NCBI GenBank assembly: GCA_965219455.1
Contig: OZ244744.1
Span: 4,800,001-4,864,000, forward strand
Source of the DNA: Candidatus Latescibacterota bacterium
GTDB taxonomy: Bacteria; Latescibacterota; UBA2968; GCA-2709665
DNA: 64,000 nucleotides
Reading direction: 5' to 3'
Position 1 is the first letter of the stretch. Every line of letters starts with the position of its first letter. The notes under the pieces are model-generated. The model was not told the origin of the DNA. It worked only from the letters and a program-made list of their open reading frames with translations, and did no database searches. Positions 58,083 to 64,000 of this stretch are shown one piece after another. Made by a program: the position numbers and the translations under genes.

Positions 58083-59075
58083 ATGGGCGACGTACTATCG
58101 GTCGGCGTGGTCGGCGCCGGTGGCATCGCACGTTCGCATATGCGTGCAATCGCAGAGACCGAAAATATCAGAACGGCCGCGGTGATGGACATCTACCGGG
58201 AACCCGCGGAAGCGGCCGCGGCGGATTTCGGCGCCAGGGCGTATACGGATTTCAACGCCATGCTGAACGATCCGCAGGTCGAAGCGGTCCACGTGTGCAC
58301 GCCCCACAACCGGCACGGGGAGCAGGTGGTGGCCGCCGCGGAAGCAGGCAAACATGTCCTGGTGGAAAAGCCGATGGCGCTGACGCTCGACGAGTGCGAC
58401 CGGATGATCGCGGCCTCCGAAAAGGCAAACCGCGTCCTGATGGTTGGCCAGGTGATGCGCTACTACCCCATGAGCCGCAAGGTAAAACAGCTCATTGCCG
58501 ATGGCGAGATCGGCAATGTGGGTCATCTGCTCAGACGCCGGTTGGGGAACTTCAATCCCACGCCCCCGCCGGGACAGGATAACCACTGGTACCTGGATCT
58601 GGATGCGGGAGGCATTTGCGTATTGTATTGTTTCGGGCCGCACGAGTACGATATTCTGCACTGGTATCTGGATTCCCCTGTTGTCAGGGTCTTCGCTCAG
58701 GGAACGGAGAGTACGGAACGCTATCGTGGACAGAAGGATTCCTATACGACTGTCATGAACCATGCCAACGGCGCGGTAAGCGTGTTGTCTCAGTCCGTGG
58801 TCTGCCATTCCGGGATGCACGACCAGTTCATTATGGGTAGTCGCGGTTCGATGATGTTTACCCATCAGCGCCTGCTGCTCAACGGCGAGGAAGTGGAGGT
58901 CGACGGCGCGGGCAGCGGGATGACAAATCAGATACGAGAGTTCGCCGATTGCTGTCTCGAGGGAAAGACGCCGGATGCCAACGGTCGGTCCGTGCGGCAC
59001 ACGATGGCCGTAATTGAGGCGGCCAAGCAGAGTGCGGAGCGGAACGAGCCGGTGCCGGTCTCGGAATTTGATTGA
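58083..59075 (+). CDS. Gfo/Idh/MocA family oxidoreductase
   Basis: GVVGAGGIA, CTP…H and GKHVLVEKP motifs. Confidence 0.92.
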   Translation: MGDVLSVGVVGAGGIARSHMRAIAETENIRTAAVMDIYREPAEAAAADFGARAYTDFNAMLNDPQVEAVHVCTPHNRHGEQVVAAAEAGKHVLVEKPMALTLDECDRMIAASEKANRVLMVGQVMRYYPMSRKVKQLIADGEIGNVGHLLRRRLGNFNPTPPPGQDNHWYLDLDAGGICVLYCFGPHEYDILHWYLDSPVVRVFAQGTESTERYRGQKDSYTTVMNHANGAVSVLSQSVVCHSGMHDQFIMGSRGSMMFTHQRLLLNGEEVEVDGAGSGMTNQIREFADCCLEGKTPDANGRSVRHTMAVIEAAKQSAERNEPVPVSEFD

Positions 59076-59105
59076 AAACGATACCGGCGAACGCCCCGGG
59101 TTACT

Positions 59106-60371
59106 ATGGAATTGAACACGGAGGTCCTGGACGCGGATGTCGCGTTCATTCCACGCAAGCTGAAAACGCCGCTGCACTTGAGTTCCGGGTTGATTTCGGA
59201 GGTTACGGAAGCCCGTGCGGCCGTTACGGTTCGCGCGGCCGGGCGCGAAGCGAAGGGAAGGGGTTCAATTTATCTCAGCGACGTCTGGGCCTGGCCGGAC
59301 CCCGCGCTGACGCACGAGTATCGAGACGCGGCCCTGCGGGGTTTCTGTGAGGACCTCGCCGAAGGACTGTACGCGCACTGCGGCGGCGAGCCGGCGCATC
59401 CGCTCACTCTGGGGATGCGGCTGCACGAGTCGGTTCCCCGGGAAACGTCGCCTCCGATCCTCGCGCGGGCGATGTGCGCCAGTCCCTTCGACGCGGCCAT
59501 CCACGATGCGGTCGGCATCGCGACCGGACGTTCCGCATTCCATTTTTACTCCGGGTCCACGCCGCTTCCCCACGTCGACGGTCTCTTTTCGGGCGGTAGC
59601 GCGTGCGCGGCGATTCAGCGTCTGTTTCGGTCACCCCGAACCCGGCTGCCCGCCTGGTGGGTCCTGGGAAGTTCAGACGACCTGGGGACAGATCTCGCGC
59701 GAATCATAAGGGAACGCGGGTACCGCTGTTTCAAGCTGAAGATTCTGGGTCGGGACAATTCCGCCGACGCGGCCAGGACCGTTGAGGTGTACCGGGCCAT
59801 CCGGGGGCTTGGCGTTGACGAGCCGGCGTTGACGGCTGACAGCAATGAAGCCAATCCGGACGCGAAGAGCGTGCTGGACTACCTGGAACGCCTCAGGGCC
59901 GCGGATAGCGGGGCTTTCCGGGCGTTGAAGTACCTGGAACAGCCGACCGGCAGGGATATCCTGGTGCATCCACAGGACTGGCGTGCGGTGACCGGGCTCA
60001 AGCCGGTGTTTCTGGACGAGGGCCTGACCAGCCTGGAGTTGCTCGCGGAAGCGAAGAGACAGGGATGGAGCGGTCTGGCCCTGAAGACCTGCAAGGGCCA
60101 TAGTTTCGCGCTGCTGGCCGCCGCGTGGGCGCGCGAAAACGGGATGTCGCTCGCGTTTCAGGATCTGACCAATCCCGGGCTCTCGGCAATTCACGCGGCG
60201 CTTTTCGCGGCGCACGTGCCCACGGTCAACGGCGTGGAGATCAATTCGCCGCAGTATACCCCCGCCGCCAACAAGGAGTGGCTGCCTCGCCTGGCCGGGA
60301 TCTTCGAGCCCGTGGATGGGATGCATCGAATAGACAACCCCGACACCGTGGGACTGGGTTCGCCGCTATAG
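59106..60371 (+). CDS. Enolase-superfamily (mandelate racemase/MLE-like) enzyme
   Basis: FDAAIHD, FKLK, DSNE, YLEQP, LDE and LKTCKG motifs. Confidence 0.82.
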   Translation: MELNTEVLDADVAFIPRKLKTPLHLSSGLISEVTEARAAVTVRAAGREAKGRGSIYLSDVWAWPDPALTHEYRDAALRGFCEDLAEGLYAHCGGEPAHPLTLGMRLHESVPRETSPPILARAMCASPFDAAIHDAVGIATGRSAFHFYSGSTPLPHVDGLFSGGSACAAIQRLFRSPRTRLPAWWVLGSSDDLGTDLARIIRERGYRCFKLKILGRDNSADAARTVEVYRAIRGLGVDEPALTADSNEANPDAKSVLDYLERLRAADSGAFRALKYLEQPTGRDILVHPQDWRAVTGLKPVFLDEGLTSLELLAEAKRQGWSGLALKTCKGHSFALLAAAWARENGMSLAFQDLTNPGLSAIHAALFAAHVPTVNGVEINSPQYTPAANKEWLPRLAGIFEPVDGMHRIDNPDTVGLGSPL

Positions 60372-60443
60372 TGGTTCCGGAAGCCCCGAGTTCGTATGGT
60401 TGGCGGGTAACGGAGTGTTTCGATTCCTGCAGGAGGGAAACCG

Positions 60444-61292
60444 ATGGATGCCGAATGTCTGGATTATCGTGTCACCCGTGAAGAACGATCGAAGTTCGAA
60501 CGCGACGGGTATTTTATCGTCGAAGATGCAATTCCTCCCGAGCGGGTCACCGCGTTGAGCCGCGTGGTCGACAGGTTGTACGAAGCCTATCTTGCCGAAA
60601 ATGATCTGGGGCGTCACGACCGTATGAATCTGACGGACTTCGTGGGAGCCGACGATGAGTTTCTGGCATTGCTGGATTGGCCGGTCACGTTCCCCAAGGT
60701 ATGGGGTATTCTCGGGTGGAATATCCAGCTTTACCACTCCCATCTGATTGTCACCCCCCCGGACCCGCCGGATAAACGGGCTGAATCGGGGCGCCTTGGC
60801 TGGCACCAGGACAGCGGGCGCCTCAATATTGAACTGGACGCCACGCCCCGTCCGCGGGTTTCTCTAAAGGTCGGTTATTTCCTGACCGATACGACGGCGC
60901 CGGACCGCGGGAATTTTCACGTCGTCTCCGGCAGTCACCTCCGGAACAGGTTGGATTTTCCGGAAGATGGCGTGTCAGACCCTCCCGGCACAACGCCGGT
61001 GCAGGCGCCGGCCGGCGCAGCCGTATTTTTCGATCGCCGCACCTGGCATGCCGCGGGGAGAAACCATTCAGACGTGACGCGAAAGGTATTGTTCTATGGG
61101 TACAGTTACCGCTGGCTCAGGCCCAGGGACAATATGACCGTGGACCACTACCTGGACCGATGCGATCCGATTCAGCGGCAGTTGCTGGGCGAAAGCACGG
61201 GAGGTATGGGTTACACGTCGCCCACCGATGCAGACGTACCGCTCAAAGGGTGGATTCGGGAACACGCGGGAGACACGGCCGTCGTGCCCTGA
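60444..61292 (+). CDS. PhyH-family dioxygenase
   Basis: GWHQD, VVSGSH, WHA..RN and RK motifs. Confidence 0.88.
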   Translation: MDAECLDYRVTREERSKFERDGYFIVEDAIPPERVTALSRVVDRLYEAYLAENDLGRHDRMNLTDFVGADDEFLALLDWPVTFPKVWGILGWNIQLYHSHLIVTPPDPPDKRAESGRLGWHQDSGRLNIELDATPRPRVSLKVGYFLTDTTAPDRGNFHVVSGSHLRNRLDFPEDGVSDPPGTTPVQAPAGAAVFFDRRTWHAAGRNHSDVTRKVLFYGYSYRWLRPRDNMTVDHYLDRCDPIQRQLLGESTGGMGYTSPTDADVPLKGWIREHAGDTAVVP

Positions 61293-61399
61293 GGCACCGG
61301 CGTGCGTGAGGATGCCATCCGTGCGTGCCTGCAAGGTTGAGACCCCGCCCGAAGCGGTTTCGGCGCGGGGTTTGCAGTCTGAGGAAGAGGAGACCGTTG

Positions 61400-62698
61400 A
61401 TGACAACAGAACTTGCGATTCTCGGTGGAGAAAAGGCGATTACGGCCGATAGCGGGGAGCAGTGGCGGCGCCCTGTAGAAGCGGAGAAAGCGGCGGTTTG
61501 CGCCTTGATAGACGAGGGCTATCTCTCCGGGTCGGGATCAGGGGTTCCGAAAGAATTCGAAGAGCGATTCGCGGAATACCTTGGCTGTAAATACGTACTG
61601 ACAACCAGCCACGGGCATACGGCCCTGGCCAGCGGATTCTTCGCCGCGGGACTGGGCGCGGGCGATGAATTTATCACACCCTCAATCGGTTATATCGGTA
61701 GCTACGCGGGCGCGCTGCATATGGGCGCCACGCCCGTATTCTGCGAGATCGATCCGGAGACGCTGCTGATGGACCCGGCCGACGTGGCCAGGCGGATCAC
61801 GAGCAGGACGCGAGTGATATCACCGATTCACTCCTGCGGTCGGGTCTGCGATATGGACCGGCTGCTGGACCTGGCGAATGCCCACGACCTGGTCGTCGTT
61901 GAGGATGCGGCTCACGCGCACGGCAGCGAATGGGACGGCGTGAAGATCGGCAACCTGGGGCATATCGCGTGCTTCAGCATGCAGGGTTCGACGCCGGGGG
62001 GCAAGCCGGTGGCGGGCGGCGAAGCCGGCATCGTGGCGACGAACGACCGCGAGCTGTACGAGCGCGCGTTGATCTATTGCCATCTGCACCGCCCGGGCGC
62101 CGTGGATGAACTCACGAATCCGGTTTACCGTGAATTGGAGCCGCAGCTTCTCGGATGGAAATGGCGGCCGCATCCACTGGCCATGGCAATCGGGCTGGTC
62201 TCTCTGGGGCACCTTCCCGACCGCCTGGATCGGTTTGAAGCCAACCGGGAGGCCCTGTTTCGAAAAATCGAGGGACTGCCGGGCATTCGGCCGGTTTGCA
62301 ACTACAGGAAGGCCCGGGGGGTGGAACTCTACGGCGGTATCAAGTTCATCTACGACCCGGAAGCCCTGGGCGGGTTGCCCGCGGGCCAATTCGTGGTGGC
62401 GATGCGGGCCGAGGGCGCACCCCTGAACGGCCCCGGCATGGGCCACGTGGAACATCTGCGGTCCATCTATACAAAGGATCTGCCCGGACTCTGGGGAGAG
62501 GGTCACGTTGGACCGGCAAATGTACCCCTGCCCCGTTATCGCAAGGGGGACTTCCCGGTTTCGGAAGCGATGAATGCGCGGGTGCTGTCCTATCCGGGCC
62601 ATATCCAGGCCGTGGACGGTTTCATCGATCAGTTCGCGGCGGCGTTCAGAAAGGTTGTGCTTCAGCATCACAGGCTTCTTCGGAGGGGAGTACGTTGA
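61400..62698 (+). CDS. DegT/DnrJ/EryC1/StrS PLP-dependent aminotransferase
   Basis: EDAAHAHG and FSMQ…KPVAGGEAG motifs. Confidence 0.88.
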   Translation: MTTELAILGGEKAITADSGEQWRRPVEAEKAAVCALIDEGYLSGSGSGVPKEFEERFAEYLGCKYVLTTSHGHTALASGFFAAGLGAGDEFITPSIGYIGSYAGALHMGATPVFCEIDPETLLMDPADVARRITSRTRVISPIHSCGRVCDMDRLLDLANAHDLVVVEDAAHAHGSEWDGVKIGNLGHIACFSMQGSTPGGKPVAGGEAGIVATNDRELYERALIYCHLHRPGAVDELTNPVYRELEPQLLGWKWRPHPLAMAIGLVSLGHLPDRLDRFEANREALFRKIEGLPGIRPVCNYRKARGVELYGGIKFIYDPEALGGLPAGQFVVAMRAEGAPLNGPGMGHVEHLRSIYTKDLPGLWGEGHVGPANVPLPRYRKGDFPVSEAMNARVLSYPGHIQAVDGFIDQFAAAFRKVVLQHHRLLRRGVR

Positions 62699-63477
62699 TG
62701 ACGGAACCCGTGGTGTTTCGATCCCCGCTGGAGGTGCGCCTCGCGTGCCGCCGGAATACCCTGAAGACGGTGGCCTCGCGCGCGCTTTCGGGGTATCTGT
62801 GTGTGAATGTGGTGATGATGGACGAGGACGACGCCGCGGAATTTGAGGGTTTCTGCAGGGCGAACCCGAAACCGTGTCCGCTGCTGGCCGTGATGCCCGC
62901 CGGTCAGACCGATTGTCCGGAATTTGCACGCGTGCTCGATATTCGTACCGACCTCGGCTCGTACGACGTGATCCGGGAAGGCGTGGTGGTCGAGCAGCGG
63001 CAGGACGTGGTCTCCCTTTATTCCGGGCGTATGGTGACTTTTCTGATCGGTTCCAGCGTGTCTTTCGACGGACTCCTGGTCGAGAAGGGGTACGAACCCG
63101 CGTTCGGACCGTGTATTCAGCTTACGGATCTGGATTGCGAGCCGGTGGGCAGGTTCACGAGCAAGACGGCGGTGACAATGCGTAGCTTTCTACCGGATCG
63201 TTGCGACGCCGTATGGGAGTTCACAAGCCACTTCCCGGAATGTCACGGGGCGCCGCTGGGCAGGAATAACGGAAAAGCACTGGGCATTCAGGATCTCGAT
63301 ACGACGATATCAGGGAATTCGATACAGGTTCCGGAGGGCACCGACCGCCTCTACTGGGCCTGTGGCGTGACTCCCAGTCTTGCGGCCCGGAAGGCCCGTC
63401 TTCCGTTGGCGCTCTCCTACACGCCCGGCCACGCTTTGATGACGGATATTCCCACCGAGAGTCTCTATAAAGCTTGA
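62698..63477 (+). CDS. DUF1445 / D-glutamate cyclase-like protein
   Basis: FCRANPKPCPLL, DIRTD, IGSS.SFD, HGAP and WACGVTP…PGHALMTD motifs. Confidence 0.85.
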   Translation: MTEPVVFRSPLEVRLACRRNTLKTVASRALSGYLCVNVVMMDEDDAAEFEGFCRANPKPCPLLAVMPAGQTDCPEFARVLDIRTDLGSYDVIREGVVVEQRQDVVSLYSGRMVTFLIGSSVSFDGLLVEKGYEPAFGPCIQLTDLDCEPVGRFTSKTAVTMRSFLPDRCDAVWEFTSHFPECHGAPLGRNNGKALGIQDLDTTISGNSIQVPEGTDRLYWACGVTPSLAARKARLPLALSYTPGHALMTDIPTESLYKA

Positions 63478-63551
63478 GGCGATAGCGGCACGGTTACGCT
63501 CCGGCGGTCTGAACCGGATCGTGCCTGCGGCGACGGAAAACGGAGCCGGGT

Positions 63552-64000
63552 ATGAGACGGGACGGGTTGTTCGCGGCAACGGCCTGGTTTACGTTCGTGT
63601 GGATGCCGTTTTCCACGCCGGGCGATCAACACCCTCAGTTCGTGGAAGTGTCACGTGAGATTGGCATCGATTTTGAGCATGTCAACGGCGCTTTCGGATC
63701 CTTCTACCCGCCGGAGGTCAACGGGGGCGGGCTGGCCGCCTTCGATTACGACAACGACGGATGGGTGGATCTGTATGTCGTGAATGGGGCGTTCTGGCCG
63801 GAAAACGACGCGCCTGCGGTCAACCGGCTCTATCGAAATCTGGGCAACGGTCGCTTCGCGGACGTGACGCGCGAGGCGGGGGTGGGCGATACCGGATATG
63901 GGATGGGATGTGCGGCCGCCGACTACGACAACGATGGCGACCGGGATCTGTACGTGAGCAACTACGGCCCGAACGTGTTGTATCGCAACGAGGGCGATGG
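63552..64000 (+). CDS. FG-GAP/CRTAC1 (ASPIC-UnbV) repeat protein, runs off the window end
   Basis: Signal peptide, [25 protein letters not shown] and [11 protein letters not shown] repeats. Confidence 0.85.
   Translation, partial: MRRDGLFAATAWFTFVWMPFSTPGDQHPQFVEVSREIGIDFEHVNGAFGSFYPPEVNGGGLAAFDYDNDGWVDLYVVNGAFWPENDAPAVNRLYRNLGNGRFADVTREAGVGDTGYGMGCAAADYDNDGDRDLYVSNYGPNVLYRNEGD

Noticed and set aside
44345-59177. Long antisense ORFs (44345-46057, 47347-49197, 54241-55845, 58095-59177)
   Set aside because: Shadows of well-supported plus-strand genes in high-GC DNA, with no recognisable motifs.

Overview
High-GC bacterial window. The abundance of sulfatase, PhyH-dioxygenase and FG-GAP genes is typical of Latescibacterota/Gemmatimonadota/Poribacteria-like genomes, but that is inference only. 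It has three parts. (1) 1-5.4 kb: catabolic genes (sulfatase, GH172/DUF2961, nucleoside deoxyribosyltransferase-like protein, outer-membrane beta-barrel). (2) About 5.4-35 kb: a defence island whose non-IS genes are all on the minus strand. Its core is an SNF2-DUF3883 helicase, a DUF1156 methylase and a DUF499 ATPase (restriction-like/BREX-related). Nested in or flanking the core are a membrane protein + ThsB-like TIR pair, a nuclease-STAND-TPR (Avs-like) protein, a PUA-like/REase protein, an AAA ATPase + DUF4276 pair, a Schlafen/AlbA_2 protein and a Ppl-like PHP-ATPase. Four same-orientation copies of an MNT-HEPN(-DUF433-DUF5615) toxin-antitoxin cassette punctuate the island, and every HEPN is destroyed. 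A collapsed second DUF499 gene marks the left edge. Two IS1380-family elements with 6-bp NCTAGA duplications interrupt the helicase and the TIR gene, and Ppl has an in-frame TGA in its Walker A motif. (3) 35.5-64 kb: two tandem membrane-anchored Cys-rich paralogues, an EndoQ-UvrD fusion, rhamnulokinase, a GT4 glycosyltransferase, PhyH, a sulfatase maturase, an N-methylglutamate-type amine-utilisation cluster with duplicated amidotransferase and GXGXG subunits, and a five-gene catabolic-looking operon. Three MITE-like elements share terminal repeats but carry different internal hairpins. No rRNA, tRNA or CRISPR array was seen. All family assignments come from motif recognition by eye, not from database searches.
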